DNA of 64,000 nt from Phoronis australis (lineage: Eukaryota; Animalia; Phoronida): the NCBI GenBank assembly GCA_002633005.1, contig NMRA01000213.1, forward strand, positions 266,376 to 330,375. Direction: 5' to 3'. Positions within the stretch are counted from its first letter, which is position 1, and the number at the start of each line of letters is the position of its first letter. Below, piece after piece: positions 1 to 13,816 of this stretch. The notes beneath the pieces are model-generated. The model saw only the letters and a program-made list of their open reading frames with translations, did not search any database and was not told where the DNA came from. The translations under genes were made by a program, and so were the position numbers.

Positions 1-554
1 ATCCTGGATCCTCCCCTGACATAAAGTTTTGAAAATAAATGGAGCAGTATCAAGACTCCCTAAGAATCAAGCTTGTTTACAAAAACTTTGCGCCATTGGC
101 GATCTGATTGGTTAATGAACTTACGACGGGAACATGATAGACCAAGTATTGTGCACGTGTGCACTGTAGCAACACTTTGTATCGTATTCTCATTTGGTCA
201 ATTTGTTGATACATTAAATTTCCTTATTTATGCCCATCCTGATATGACCGCAACACGAGCTTGTTGGATTCTACCATATTGGGGTTGGCATAGCGACCTG
301 CATGGTGCTTACTCGAATGGGTTTCATTTTACCGGCTATTTCAAATTGTGTAGGCGAAGTAAATAAATAAAGTGGATGATTATCATCACCAGAATTTAAT
401 TATTAGTATCTTTTGCCGGTTGCGCAAATTTTCTGGGACTAGGGATTGTCAAATTTGTAAGGTAGAAGTGTTTCGCTGGACTTCCAGGTCTGTGGTGTTA
501 TTTATACCAGACCAAACTTAAAAACGAGACCCTCATTTGAATCAGGAGCTGCAT

Positions 555-797
555 AAAAATAATTGCAGGCGATCTAATAGGCCTACACGTCGGTACCAGA
601 CGTGCGCAGGCAGCACATGTGGGCCTATTGCACTGATACCCTGGAACCATTTTTATGCATTATTAATTTATAGTTAATACCGAGTTGAGGAGCTTGAAAC
701 CTGACCCAAGGATTTAGCAGTGTGAACAAATGGGATTCGAACCTACGACCTCCAGTAGAGAAAGCAGGCACCTATCACACTAGGCCACAGCGCCTCT
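555..797 (-). mobile_element. tRNA-derived SINE, copy 1
   Basis: The minus strand begins with a tRNA-like head carrying an A box (TGGCCTAGTGTG) and a B box (GGTTCGAATCC). Head and body align by eye to copies at 3535-3748 and 47325-47533. Confidence 0.8.
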
Positions 798-2121
798 TCG
801 AGGAGGTTACAGGGTGCAATTTGTGTAGACGTTTCTCTGCTTTACGAGGTTTTATAAAAATGGGTCAATCTGTTGCCAACGACGGTAAATTCACAAAAGA
901 TTACGTGCAGTGCAACTGAAAACGTAAAAGTCTTCCAAACCGCTTGATCTGATTTGACATTTCACATAATAATTCAGCAGGACAACAGTTAGTATCCTTT
1001 ACGCACGAGACCCTTTTGTTACATTAGGAGTAAGATTGGTTCATTATGTAGCCTAGAGATATTAGTACTTAAGGCAGAAATTTAAAAATCATTTGTCCGG
1101 TTACAAAAATATAACATTGAAGAATAAAAACAACCAACACACCCTTCTGGTGTTCCTGTTCCATGTTTGCAAAGAAATTGAAACTCTTGTTAGTTGGTTG
1201 TATTTTCATAGCAATGTATTGTACTTGGCTAAGATGGTGTAGAAATTTTGTGCGGCATACATTCGGCATGAAATGAGAATGTAACCTGCTGTTGGATTGC
1301 GAGATAGATTTTGAGTAGGCCAGTTGGTTATCTCTGGAGTATTCATGTGATCTTTATTTATGTTAAAGTTTTTACCAGCATTCAATTTATATGTACACGG
1401 ATTTATAAATCAGCGAAATCGTTGATCCAAATCCAGACGAAATGTACGCATTCTGCTGAGATAGTAACCGCCTGATTATGGCCAGCGAAGATGACTAATT
1501 TGGTTAATTCGCACACTAGACTATGGCTTTTGAAAGAATGTAGCGGACAATTTCAATCAAAAAAATTACCAGGTAATGTTCATCAAAAAGGAGTAAAGAA
1601 CAATGAATATGTGAAGATAGAATTAAGTAGGGCCTAGTAGGCCTACCAGAAGTTCTTAAAAAACATCCATCATCAAATTGTCTTGAACATATCTATAAAG
1701 TCTTATTTCCATTAACGTTGATACAAGACATAAGGCTTTTCTCCCACAGCCGATTATGAGGTCTCCGCACGCTATGGAAGCTAACGCCTTTGCATTTCGC
1801 ATGTGTCGCCAAACACCCGGTCACACAGCAACCGACCATTATTAGCAGACAACATACTTGCCAGAAATAACACCAGATAATTTGGCCAGGTGACGCTAGT
1901 GAATAATGACGTAACGGCTTGTGCAAAACAGCACAGATTTCGTCCATTGAAAATATACGGAGTTGGCGGTCCATGTACTATAGTCTATGGTGGAATATGA
2001 AAAAACTCCATTGCCAGTCTCAACATGCTGTCTGGAACAGATCCTTAAGAAATGGCAAGATCTAACCAGATCACATGCAGGTCATTCTTATCTCTCTTAG
2101 CTTCCCTAATCTTTGACCAGA

Positions 2122-3060
2122 TCACAGTAGTTTTCTTCTTTCGGGTATATCCACCTTCTCCCACACCTTTACCAAGGCTCTCCACAGACAAGTGACCAGC
2201 TTTGGACATTTTTTAATTAGTGCATAGGTTACACCATTGGGTCTTCCTGCTGACCCACTTCTAGACTTCTTGATGACTTCCTTCACCTCCTTCATCTTAA
2301 CCATTGACTCATCAAACAGAAATGTCGGAGCAGACGGCTTACTCAGATCAGCCATTGGTTCTGGGACAGAGTATACCTACTCCAGGTGTTCCTCCAATTT
2401 CTCCTGAGATACAGTGAGATTACCACAAGTTTTATGTTTGAAGGACTGCTTCGTGAAACGGAAAGGATTCCCAGTGAAAGCTTTTCTTGCTTTTGGAGAC
2501 CAGCGAAGCTTTTCAACAAAACGTTCTGCTCTACTCAGCTTTGCAATCTGTCTTCTCACATCCCTCAGCAGTACTCCAATCTCTTCAGCTCTATGAACCT
2601 CCTGCTGCATGGATGCACGTAGTCTCCTCACGTCCTTCCTTAATGACTGGATTGTCCTCCTCCTCCTGTTTTGCTTTGGAATAAATTGTTTCCTTTCCTT
2701 TTGCTCTTTCTCACCAATTTTCAGGGTACCATAGTCACTTATCATACTTCCCAGCACCTGAACTTTCCTTGCTGCACTGCCTTTAATCGTGCGGAAAGCG
2801 ATGCTTAAATCCGTATCCATTTCCAGCTGTGCCTATTTATCAGATGATTTAGGCCACTCAGGATCAGGATTCTGTGCTACATTGTAGTTTGTCTCCTGGT
2901 CGACACACTCCGACGACTTATCAGGTAAACCCGAGTGCTTACCATTGGTTGATATACACTTCATCCTTGTCTGATGTATCTTTCTTCCTTTAATAGACTT
3001 AAACGTCCTCCCACACCCTTCACACCTCGTCTCTCCTAAGTCTTTTCTGAAGATCATGTA
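2122..3060 (-). pseudogene. 5' fragment of a HERO/R2-like non-LTR retrotransposon ORF (zinc finger to start of RT), frameshifted
   Basis: Three consecutive minus-strand ORFs: CEGCGRTFKSIKGRKIHQTRMKC (N-terminal zinc finger), RKAFTGNPFRFTK, and EVIKKSRSGSAGRPNGVTYALIKKCPKL (decayed SAPGPNG RT domain 0). Confidence 0.8.
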
Positions 3061-3534
3061 TCACCTATGTTAGCAAGTCATACATTTTAACATCCAATCT
3101 ATAACAGGCGACCTTTCTATGTAAACCTTTAGAACTATGTTTATACGTTGATGATGTATAAGTCATTTTGGTCACAATTTCTTACGGTCCGGCGCGAGTG
3201 GCGACAGCTGGCCTGAGCACGCGGTCACGCACGTAGTATTGCGAAAGCGTTTAGTCACCGCGATTTCAACCGTACACCACGGATGTCACGCTAGACTACG
3301 TATTTTTTGCAATTTCCTAGATTATCGAGAATCATGAACAAGCAAGCGGGGGTCGGAAACCGGGTGCGAGGGGAGTGCAGAGCGGTGATTTGGGGGCAAA
3401 ATGGGGTGCGAATTGGTGTCAGGGAGAGAGTTTAGGGGACAAGGAAGCGGATGGGGGGACAAGGAACAGACTGATCCGAATGTATCTTGATCAGCCGTCA
3501 TCAATGAACTTCGGTGACAAACTGAAGTGTTAAA

Positions 3535-3748
3535 AAAACAATTGCAGGCAGTCTGGCCGTGCATGTGGGTCCGTTGCACTGATCACTTGGAACTATTTTT
3601 GTGATTCATTAATAAAACGTAGTTAAAACCGAGCTGAGGAGCTAGAAACCTGACTCAAGGGTCTAGCAGTGTGGCCCAGTGGGACTCGAACCCACGACCT
3701 CAAGTATAGAAGGCGGGCACCTATCACACTAGGCCACACTGCCTCCTC
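3535..3748 (-). mobile_element. tRNA-derived SINE, copy 2
   Basis: Reverse complement reads GAGGCAGTGTGGCCTAGTGTGATAGGTGCCCGCCTTCTATACTTGAGGTCGTGGGTTCGAGTCCCACTGGGCCAC, which has A and B boxes, followed by the shared non-tRNA body. Confidence 0.85.
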
Positions 3749-4872
3749 AACTGAAATGTTACAACAGCAAGTAAGGGAATGGACGGGTGATTTTAAAACC
3801 CGAGGGACGCGGAGTGACTTTTCGATCAGGTCACTACTATATTCCCCGACGAAAGAGCACATGAGAATATTTACACGGGAAAGNGGGCTAGAAATGATTT
3901 CAATCACTTACAGCACAATGATCAGGTCGGTGATGTATTAGAATAAAAGGATTAGACAAAATGATTGTGTAGGACTATTCAATTTTGATATTCGATTAAT
4001 AAGCATTTTGTTGAGATCACTACAATAGCATTCAGCCGAACCGTTACGGTGCGAAAGGAAAGATCATAGAAGCTGGACCAAAATAGGTCCCATCAGACTA
4101 AAAAGGGTGAGGTTTTAAATCTTGTTTTACGTCCTCTCTAAATATATGTTTGTACATACATGGCCAGCGGCCCAAAAGTACATTGCACATGAAATAAACA
4201 AAAACACAGAGCGTATGGGACGGATATAATAGCTTCCATCGCTCCCTGCAAAACGTAATCACAATAACCCCTAATTGGCAAGGAGTTTCGAACCCTTGAC
4301 TCGAGTAGGGGCCTTAGTCATTTTTCGTCAACTAGTGATGAAAGACCACGTGCAAAAATCAACTACCACTCCAGGTAAGACAACTTTCGTCGAAGAATCA
4401 ATTAGCTTTTGTCATGTGGCAGAAATAATTATTGATTTCCATTCCTTCTAAATTTGCAATTACTCCATCCCAACTGGAATATTTGTGGGATATATAAGTG
4501 CACGAACCTACTGAGATTCCACAAAAGTTTTTCTGAGAGCTCAATTCTTGCTCTATTTGGAATCCCCGGGTCCTTTTCCAATTTGGCCTTTGTCATGCTA
4601 CGTTTTTTATTTTTTTTAGTTGATTATTGTTCCGATAGATGTCGGGATCCGTTACTGACCTTGACCTTGGCTTTTTACACGTTTTCTGCACAGTTGAAGA
4701 ATTTAGTAGTGGTGATAGTAGTATTAATAATAAACATTCTATCGTGCTTAGTCGTTTTTTCTACCATGCACGTCAATAGTGAAAATTGCTTCAACGTGCT
4801 CATCGAACAGCTTCTTCAACAGCCTTAATGAGACCCCTGAACACAGTTATTTTAATAACCTATAACTAAATG

Positions 4873-4879
<7 letters not shown>

Positions 4880-4927
<48 letters not shown>

Positions 4928-4946
4928 TAATAACAATAATAATAAT
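4880..4946. repeat. (AAT)n microsatellite
   Basis: Directly visible AAT/AAC run. Confidence 0.95.
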
Positions 4947-5638
4947 ATAGTATATCAAAAGGACTTAAAATGGTTGTAAATCATGTCCTCGTGTCGAAAA
5001 CAACTTCCTTCCTAGACATATGCGCTTTCAAAACGACATTAATGACTTCTTGTCTTATGTCATAATTGAACTTGGTTATGAAAATTCGCCTAAACAACAT
5101 CAACATCATAACGTCAGTTCAATTTTCAGGTTCAGGAGTGAAACAACCGTGCTGCGATCTGAAACTTATTGAGCCCGATCTGAAGCTGTATAACGAACAG
5201 TCAGTTCCTCTTGATTAAAGCTATATTGACCTAAATCAAATGGTTGTTTTTAACAGAAAGCACGGGTTAAATGTCGCATAAACGTATAAAATATAACAAT
5301 TTAAACACATTTGTGAAACCTTGAAACTCAGCTGCTGATTACAACTTATTAAAAACGTGCGATCAAGTCCAGCTGCTACCTACATATGTACGGTTCTGCT
5401 GGGTTCGAGTTCGGGTTGGCGTTGATTTAAAATATCACTTTTATCGTCGATAATGTCTCTATAAACTACTGCTACAGAAACTTTCGATAACTGGCGAAAA
5501 GCCCGATACGAGAGAGTGGCCATTGTTAGCAAGAGAGTGCCAGTGAACGACGTCACAAATTTACGCAAAAGTTTAAGATCTGTAGAAGTTGGCCTATACT
5601 GATACCCAGTTCCGTTTCAAGTAAAAATTAATACAATA

Positions 5639-5906
5639 AATTCGCGCACCCAGCCTAAAATTTAGGGGGGCTCGAATTTTTCGGTATGCGCACCTTTTAC
5701 TGACAACAATCAACGAGGACTAAAAAAAACTGGCCACTAGGTTTAGGCCTACGAATTGTGCATCCGCACAGAATTCCTGTGGACATTGTGGACTTTTGTC
5801 TCGTTTACTCGTCCTTTTTGTTTCGCTGAGGCGGATCTTTTTGCCCAATTCGCCAAACTGGGGGACTCATTCGAGTCCCCCGAGCCCCCCCCTGGGTGCG
5901 CCCATG
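5639..5906. mobile_element. GC-rich MITE, CATGCGCGCACCCAG family
   Basis: Ends AATTCGCGCACCCAG...CTGGGTGCGCCCATG. Flanks CAATA/CAACA form a near 5-bp TSD. Confidence 0.65.
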
Positions 5907-6134
5907 CAACAGAGGCACCGTTGCAAACATTCCCTCATTCGTCGAAGTTCTGATACGCCGTAAAATGTAACAATTTCGTAAAATGTAACCACTGTGAGAT
6001 TTTACGTCATTGTTAAATTTTACGTTGACTCTCCTTTTTGATACATGTACATATTAAACATCACTGACTTTGACGTTGGCGGTTTTTTGTTCCATACAAT
6101 TCACTTTCAGTGAAACCTAGTTCTAATTACTCTG

Positions 6135-6389
6135 CATGCGTGCACCCAGCGGGGGGGGGGCTCGAACGAGCACCCCCATTTGGCGAAATGGATAAAATGG
6201 TCCGCCTCTGAGACACAAAAAGTCCGTGAAAATGAAACAAAAGTCCACCAAAAGTCCACTAAACAAGCGCAAACACGCAATTTACAGTGGTGGCCCCGTT
6301 TTTTTTAGTCCGCCCGCATTTTTGTTACCAAAAGGTCCACAACGTCATCAATTCGAGCCCCCCCATATTGGAGGCTGGGTGCGCGCATG
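6135..6389. mobile_element. GC-rich MITE, CATGCGCGCACCCAG family, 5-bp TSD
   Basis: TIRs CATGCGTGCACCCAGC / GCTGGGTGCGCGCATG, with CTCTG duplicated on both sides. Confidence 0.85.
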
Positions 6390-7029
6390 CTCTGTTCAAT
6401 TACTGTTTTTCTAAGAATATTGGGGCCCGTTCTACGTAAGTGACCCAGTGACCGCAGCCGACTAATCGTTAGTTCTATAAAAATGGCTGCCTCCAGAGTT
6501 CAACTTAACGCAAATTTCAAATTAAACATCATCGTGAAACAAGCCCCAGTTCTTTGACAAGGAATGTTTTCGACAAGAGACAAAAATAATTACACGGTGG
6601 GTATTCTCACGTTTAGATGAAAGTCGCGAGTAAAACAGTGCGGTATGAATTCAGTTCTTCGTGGCAAACTACAGATGGATATAGTAATATTTACAAACAA
6701 TACTGTGCTTGCCGGTAGGTCAGAAATAATCAATTTTTGAAATTGGTGCACGTATAAATAAGATTTTAAATCTCAGCCTCCTCGTTTCCAAGAAGTACTA
6801 AGGCCTACTCTGCATCCACAGCTGTCAAGACACTCCCCACAATATCGTTAAGGCTGAACACGGGAACACCTTTAAAATCCTTTGGAACAGCACACGCTGT
6901 CCACTATGGAAAGCCCGATGAAAATGTTGATCAGTAAATGAGATGATTTTAAAATCGTTGATGATCATGATGTATTAGAACTTTGCTAAACATGTATTGT
7001 GTCCTCGTTAAATAAATTTTAAAATATTC

Positions 7030-7130
7030 ATAATAGCAATAGTAACGATAACGAAAACGAGTAAGAGTAATGATTGTAGTAATAGTAATAATAGTAGTAA
7101 TAGTAATGTATTACTAATAAAAATGATAAT
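7030..7130. repeat. degenerate (TAA/TAG)n microsatellite
   Basis: Visible trinucleotide run; it explains the poly-Tyr ORF 7028-7315. Confidence 0.85.
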
Positions 7131-8599
7131 AGGCAGCCAAATTTATGTCGTGTCAGCCCGGAGGGCATTCTATAGAAGTGATATACGAAAAGTGTCGCCC
7201 ACATAAAAAATACTCTCCACAATGGTGCCATTTTCGACAAAATCATATCTGAATTTCTGGAACAAAAGTGTGCGAAAATGTGAATTTTTACACAAATTAC
7301 ATTTTGCACCACCATTTTTGCTGTTTTCGTCAGTCTGCCTACATGTTCTTAGTGTGAAGAGATTGGTTGACGATGATTTTCTGACAACTTTGACTGCTGT
7401 GGTGCCTCCTATTGGCAGTTTATTTTAAATGGATCATCGCTGACTTTGACGTTGGCGGTAACATTGCCAGAAGTTCCAGCCTTCGACGCCATTTCTGTGA
7501 CTGATCACGAGCGAGAATAGATCGGAACGCGTCGAGGCGCTGCTACGTTTTAGGGATGTCACGTGATGTACGTGTCTTATCCCAGGAAGGCTAGCATGAA
7601 AGGAAAAATGTTTTACCGCACTTTAACGTGTTCTCAAAAAATAACTCTTCAATCTCTCAGTAATTCAAGCAACCATTTTGATTCATCCATTGTTCTCTGG
7701 TTGGCTATTTCTTCATTATCTACTGCGTGTCTGGTGAAGTTTAGGGAGCACTCAACAGTTTTTGCTTATTTGGGGCTTGAAAAAGCAGGTTAGTTCCAAC
7801 GATCTGTTCCACAGGATGTACAAAACCTCAAATTTTCCACCTTCTACGACTACCGGAAGTGCAGATGGCTACTCGAAATGTCGAGCAATATTATACCGAA
7901 TCAGGTGTTATCATCTCGAAGGCAATAGTTACACGCAAATTACTATGAACTGAGAGACAGTGCATTCACATTGCCAAAACTCTCCAGATTCCAGAAATCA
8001 GATGAAAAGTAGATTTTTCTCAAATCTAAAGAGTTTGAAGGGTACCTGAATTTCCCACTAAATTTCCCGCTTGCAAATAGTAAAGGTTCAAGAAAAGCCA
8101 GAGCTGAGCAAAGTGGGTCAAGGGGTCAACAGCTGACAGTCTTTCACTCGGAACAGATCCAAAAATCAGGCGAATGCCATTCGTAGCCGCGGCTATAAAC
8201 ACACATTCCCTGACAGAAACCACATTTTGAGTTCGGCCACTTATCGTTATGAAATTGGCCTCAAATGGCTCCTTAGTCAAAATGGGTATGATTTCGAAAC
8301 TAGAAAAGAACCAACAATTCGTTTTTGCTTGAAATTACGCTACACTGTATACAATTTGGCTTATCCCGTGAAGTCATTTTATTACCTACAGTTTTGATTT
8401 TTGATTGTAGGACAGTAATAGACATTGCAAGGTATAGGCCTACTCACATAGGACTTTGGTTTTGAATGTGAACTCGTGAGTGGCAGTCCATTTTTACTGA
8501 CCGGCCTGTTTCGAAGAATTTTGCCAACTGCATAGAAAATTGCCAGGCAGCATAAATTTACATGTCACTTTGAATTTGTGTTTGAGTTTTGTACGTGAC

Positions 8600-8900
8600 T
8601 GTGATTGACAATCCTCACATATTGTGATTTTGATTGCAAGATACCCGCACTGCCCTCTGTCAGCGAGCAGTAGAAACTAAAATTTTGATTTTGCTGCAGT
8701 GTGTTTCAGAATGGCTTTCCGAGTGATTGACACTTCTCATATATTCTGATTTTGATTTTCATTGTGAGATACTCGCATTGTTCCCTGTCAGTCAGCTGAA
8801 GAAACTTCAGTTGTTATTTTGAGTGGGTTTCAGAATGGCTGCCCATGCTAACAATCGAGTTCTTGCTGTTTTGATTTTTGGTTGTGTGAAAATCACGTTC
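8600..8900. repeat. degenerate tandem repeat, ~120-bp unit, 2-3 copies
   Basis: GTGATTGACA...CATATT.TGATTTTGATT...GAAACT...GTTTCAGAATGGCT recurs at ~8601 and ~8723. Confidence 0.7.
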
Positions 8901-9299
8901 CACACTGTCTGTGACCATACTTTAAATTATTAATTGTTCCGAGACAAGTTTCATTTCACTTTTTAAACAGAGATGCAAAGATATTGATCAGCAAAAATGG
9001 CAAGAAATTTTGAACAATATGAATAAGCCGGAAACTTACAGAATTTTTAAATTAAACATATGTTTTGAAAATTATTTAGTTGTATTTGGCAATTTAAATG
9101 TTAGACCTGATATGATAAGATTAAGATGGTCAGCGTGTGCAGCAATGATTGAAAAGGGCAGGCTCTTGAAACTTACATGTAGCAGACCAGACTCTCTGTA
9201 TTAGGCCTTGTGTCGACCCAGAATATCATTTTATTACCAAATGCCCATTCTACGACCACTTTAGGAAACGGTATTTGCTTGCATGATCATTGATTTCCA

Positions 9300-9990
9300 T
9301 CACAGAAAAACTCACTGTACTGATATATGGGTTCCTTTACCGATCACCTTATCAGTCACCAACCTGAAAGAAAGCACTACTGCAAAGGTCTAGCCAATCC
9401 ATTAGCGAAATTTAACCGTAATAAGCATAGCATAATCGTAAATGGTGATTTTAATTCCTGAAACTCTACCATGTTTTACGATGATCATGACAATACGGCT
9501 GGACTATAATTGTTTGATATCTTACTTTCTAATGACTGTAATACATCTAATTAAACATTGGCGGATCTAGGATACCATAAGGGGGGGCCCAAGATATTGC
9601 CCCAGAGAACAGGGCAAAGCGCGATTGTATGCACAGGCGACCCGAAAGTTGCGGGGGCTGGCGGTGTGTACCTGGTGTTGCCAAATTCTATCGGACTAAA
9701 AAAAAACACGATTCCGCTGCGCCCTGCCCCCCCCGCTGCCATTCCAAATTGGTGCACTCGTTTCTTCACGCAGTTGCTGCTGTTTATTTTTCCTTGCACC
9801 AGCCAAAGGGGGGGGGTGGCCGGGCCCCCTGCCCCCTCTAAATCCGCCTATGTTAAAGAGCCAACGAGCATGACCGTCATTGCTCAATAATGCATTGATC
9901 TCTATACAACAAACAATTTGAGCATCACTGAATCATATTCTGTACTGCCCCCTGTTGGCAATTCTGACCACCACACAGTTTATTTCAAAG
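9300..9990 (+). pseudogene. CR1/L2-like APE endonuclease relic, interrupted by a MITE
   Basis: Translated fragments YRSP, IIVNGDFNS, LIKEPT (restored when the MITE is removed) and IDLYTT...VLPPVGNSDHHTVYF, in APE motif order. Confidence 0.7.
9556..9852. mobile_element. hAT-like MITE with 5-bp TSD
   Basis: TIRs CATTGGCGGATCTAG / CTAAATCCGCCTATG; TTAAA duplicated. Removing it restores the LIKEPT frame. Confidence 0.8.
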
Positions 9991-10248
9991 AATACAGAAA
10001 TATGATCCGCGCGGCTGTCAACCACAACAATCATCTTACCCAGTTATCAACCACAACGGTACCCTAGCATCAAGTAGCAGTAACAAGAGTGACCAATTCC
10101 CCAAAAAATTCACGAAGAAAAGCTACTTTACACCGACTGATGTAAGTAACTTTATCTTTCTCCACGAACGACGTTTCGACCACCTGTCCGATATCCTGGG
10201 GAATCAAACCCACTTCCTCAAGTATCTCCATGAAAATGACCTAATTAA

Positions 10249-11959
10249 AGGAGAATGCCACCCACAAAACAACCTACTTTGTATGAATTTAGATCGAGTA
10301 GTTCTACTCGATAACGGCGCGTTCGGTTGCGTTACCTGACACCTGACGGCAGACGGAGGTGTTGAAATTATCCAATGACGTCATTGGTTTCACACGCTGT
10401 CTGTTCAGCATTTCACAACACGGGTTACTGGTGTCAGCTTATCGCTTGAATTCATCGTTTAACACCAATAAGTCATCAAACTTCGATGTAAAACCCTTAA
10501 AATACACCGAGTTCTTATAAAAACGTGTTGTTTTATTTCACTGTTACAGGTGTATTGGTATTTGGACACACCATAGCCTACAAAGTTTGGCAGACCAATT
10601 TACCAAGGTCCATAGCAGGAGTTTGGGGTCTGTTCGGAGACAAATTCGAAGTATTCTTTCATGAAATACAGAAATGAGAACCTAGATCTGAGTGGTTTAG
10701 AGTTGTGATTTTTTGAGTTCTAAACACACAAAACGCTTGTTATTCCGGCCAGTGGCTCGGAACCCGATCAGGCCCGTCGCGGCCGAACTGACTCGTTATC
10801 CCGGCCAGTGGCTCGCATCCGATCAGGCCCGTCGCGGCCGCCGGGACTGGCACGAACATAAACCAGTTTGAGTTGGAAACTAAACCTCAAGTCACGAAAA
10901 GACTATAACAGTGAGCCAAAGAAATAATGTGCACGTAATTATAATATGTGAATTAGCCACGAAACTGAAAATCTACTTGCTTAATTTTGTAGGGGGCCGC
11001 GAAGTCGGGTTACCCTTCCACAGTCAGGGCAAAGGTTGTACAGTAACAATGATTTGAATAATGTATTTGTATTTCTAAATAAAGACTCCCCTAACATGTG
11101 ACCATAGCATATAAAACCGAGTAATTGTTTCACAACAGCTTTTTGTCAGCAAACACTGAATTAGCATGCGGTCACACCGCCTTGGTGCCCGGTCAATCAC
11201 CTTTATTGCCGTCATCAAAAGCCGGTAACGCAGTATTTTATTCATTGCTGGCTTCTCAAAATTTGCACTCACGAATACTGCAAAGGCATTACAAATTGTA
11301 ATGAGGCAGACTTTGTTTCACTTTTATATAAGCCTTGGTTAGGATGAGACTAATTCATTTTGAAAGAGAACGCAGAATAATAAACGTCTACCTGGCAACT
11401 CGCCCGGCGCCAATCCCGACTTAGCAAGAGCTCATCCGACGAAGACTTCACGGATCGGATCGTTAGGTTTCACAGGCTATCAGTTCGAACAGGAATACAC
11501 TGATCAAGAAATACTAGAGAGGCGCCGTGAACATGCAACGGAACGTACGGATAGTTCTTTGGTAAGCCGGAATTCGTCAAAGAAATCTCTGCCAACGAAA
11601 TGCCGGACACAAACACGGAGATGTTTCACGGCCTCATACTTGCTATTTACAGCGTACCTTTCATTCTTTAATACCGCGAGCCACTTCCCGGAAGCATTTC
11701 GGGCTCTCGAGGAAGTCGAAAAAAGGATATAGCCGCTTTCTTCGCAGCTTCATAGTTCGGACGAGCGGGAACGATGCCCTGCACTATAGCGGCATTTACT
11801 CTGCAGACGATACACTGACGTCGCTGCGTCGTTTCTCACCTTCCTCACAGGATAACGCGACACCTCTCGGCAAGGTGAGGTCGACCGTATAAGAGGCGAT
11901 GTAGATATATACCGATTAAGACGGTAAAAAAGACTAATTAAATCGGGTGGCATTCCCCT
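10249..11959 (+). mobile_element. non-autonomous Kolobok-type DNA transposon, family B copy 1
   Basis: TTAA|AGGAGAATGCCACCC ... GGGTGGCATTCCCCT|TTAA (14/15 TIR match, TTAA TSD). Contains a KolX-like head on + (GFTGYQFEQEYTDQEILERRRE, ~11400-11570) and a THAP relic on - (FFRLPREP...KHLRVCVRHFVGRDF, ~11550-11795). Confidence 0.85.
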
Positions 11960-13816
11960 TTAAGAATCATGGCACCAGCAGCATTATCAAAAGATTGCCA
12001 ACAAATTCACCATGCCTTAAACGTAACTGTGGACCTGAAAACAAAAAAAAAACATTTTTTTATAAATGACTCACTTAAGAGAGGTCCTGTTAATAGCAGT
12101 TTGAAAATTAGTACACTTTGTAGGTAAGGAACTTAAAAAGGGTTCATTTTTCAACACAGTTTAGTACAGATGTTTTCTTATTCCCCACATTGTATTTAAA
12201 TGATTTTTTGGGCTAAACAGATTCTAGCCCAGTCTTTTGTGTGGATTGCTTTAAAACCCTGAAAAGGAATTATGTCATCATGTTTTGGGAATACACCTCT
12301 GGAGTGAAGCTTTCAATCCAAATCGAACTCGAAATTGGTTTGTCACAGTCCACTTCAAGATAGTTGTTGATCACCACTAGATTAGAGCGAAAATTTTCGA
12401 AAAAAATTCAAGATTTCTAGTACAAACTCGAACTCATACTCGAATTATTAGCTCCAATGCTGGGATCATTAATTGCCATCATTAAGCACTCAAATATAGA
12501 ATAAAAGAAACTTATCTTGAGTTCAAACAAAAGTAGAATAAAAAATAACAAAAATAATCTTGAGTAAAAAGATGAAACCCAGGGCTCAGGTGTTACTTTC
12601 ATAATGATCTATGCTTTCACAAGGCAGTGAATGTGCAACTTGGCAGTCGGGTCTTTAATAACCTATTCCCCCAACACCACTGGTGTAGTCATAACTATTC
12701 AGTAGAGGTTGCTAAACTTGAAATTGCTGGCGACCAATGAATGTGACTGAAATGAGAGGCCACCTGTTGGCACTATATGAACATTGGACAGGGAGAGGGG
12801 AGCTGGCCAAGCCCAAAACTGAAATGAGTTTCTATCAGGGGAAGGGTCTGCAATGGACAGGGGGTAGCCCTGTTGTGCGCCCCACCGCTATGTTAATGTC
12901 TAGACCTAATACCTCGGTCTATCCAAATACTAAACCAAATTTCTAATCAATACATCAGCAAAATAAAGTTCCCAATGGTTAGACAAATTTCTTGGCATGT
13001 TCTGTGTTTTTTAGCCTATGAGTATAATATTTCTAGAAACACATTAATGATGTCAACGTGAGGGTGTTTGCCAGTGCGAATGTTCTGAAGCATTTCACAC
13101 TGCCCAACTCTTGCCACGAGGAGGGCAGGGGGGATCCAGTTAGGGGGGAGGGGCAGGGCTTAATCTTAGCCTGGATTTTGCCCGTCAGACATTCGCACCC
13201 CCCAAACAGCCAAATGGAATATGGGAGAATTTTAGGGAGGCCATGGCCCCCTTGGCACCCTCTAAATCCTCCACTGGAGGCCCCCCTCAATTAGAATCAA
13301 ATTTGTAATTTTGAAAAACTCTTCGAAAAGACCGAAATGTTGACTAAAATCACTGCTGTATTATGTAAATCATAACCACAAGAACCAAGCACTAGCACGT
13401 TGCTCATAACACTGAGCAAAACATAATGGAAATAGTCACATACAGGGGACCCCCACTTTGAGAATCAGTGTTTTCTACTGAAATACAGGAATCTGTTTTT
13501 CACTGAATAGCAGGCGTTAAAACTTGTTCTCAAAATGCGGATTGCTAGTGAGTGACTATTTGCCTAGATAAGAACCCATTCCACCAAACGCACAAGAAAC
13601 CGTCAATTTGTGTTAAGTGACCCAACTTAAAATCTTTGAAGTACCCTGAGCTCCCAATTTTGAAATGTGAGATGTTTTTGCAACTAGTCATTTCAACGAA
13701 CCAGGTTTTTAAAGTTCGCTTGCTTACAATGTCTAACTCCAAGACGCTTTGATTATAGCAAACCTTAGTAGTTTCAGAATGTTTTTCTCATATTTTATTT
13801 TGCTCTAGCATGATAA

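Noticed and set aside
3675-3748. tRNA gene
   Set aside because: The tRNA-like head is attached to the same body in three diverged copies, so it is a SINE and not a functional tRNA.
7028-7315. poly-Tyr membrane protein ORF
   Set aside because: Produced by a TAA/TAG microsatellite.
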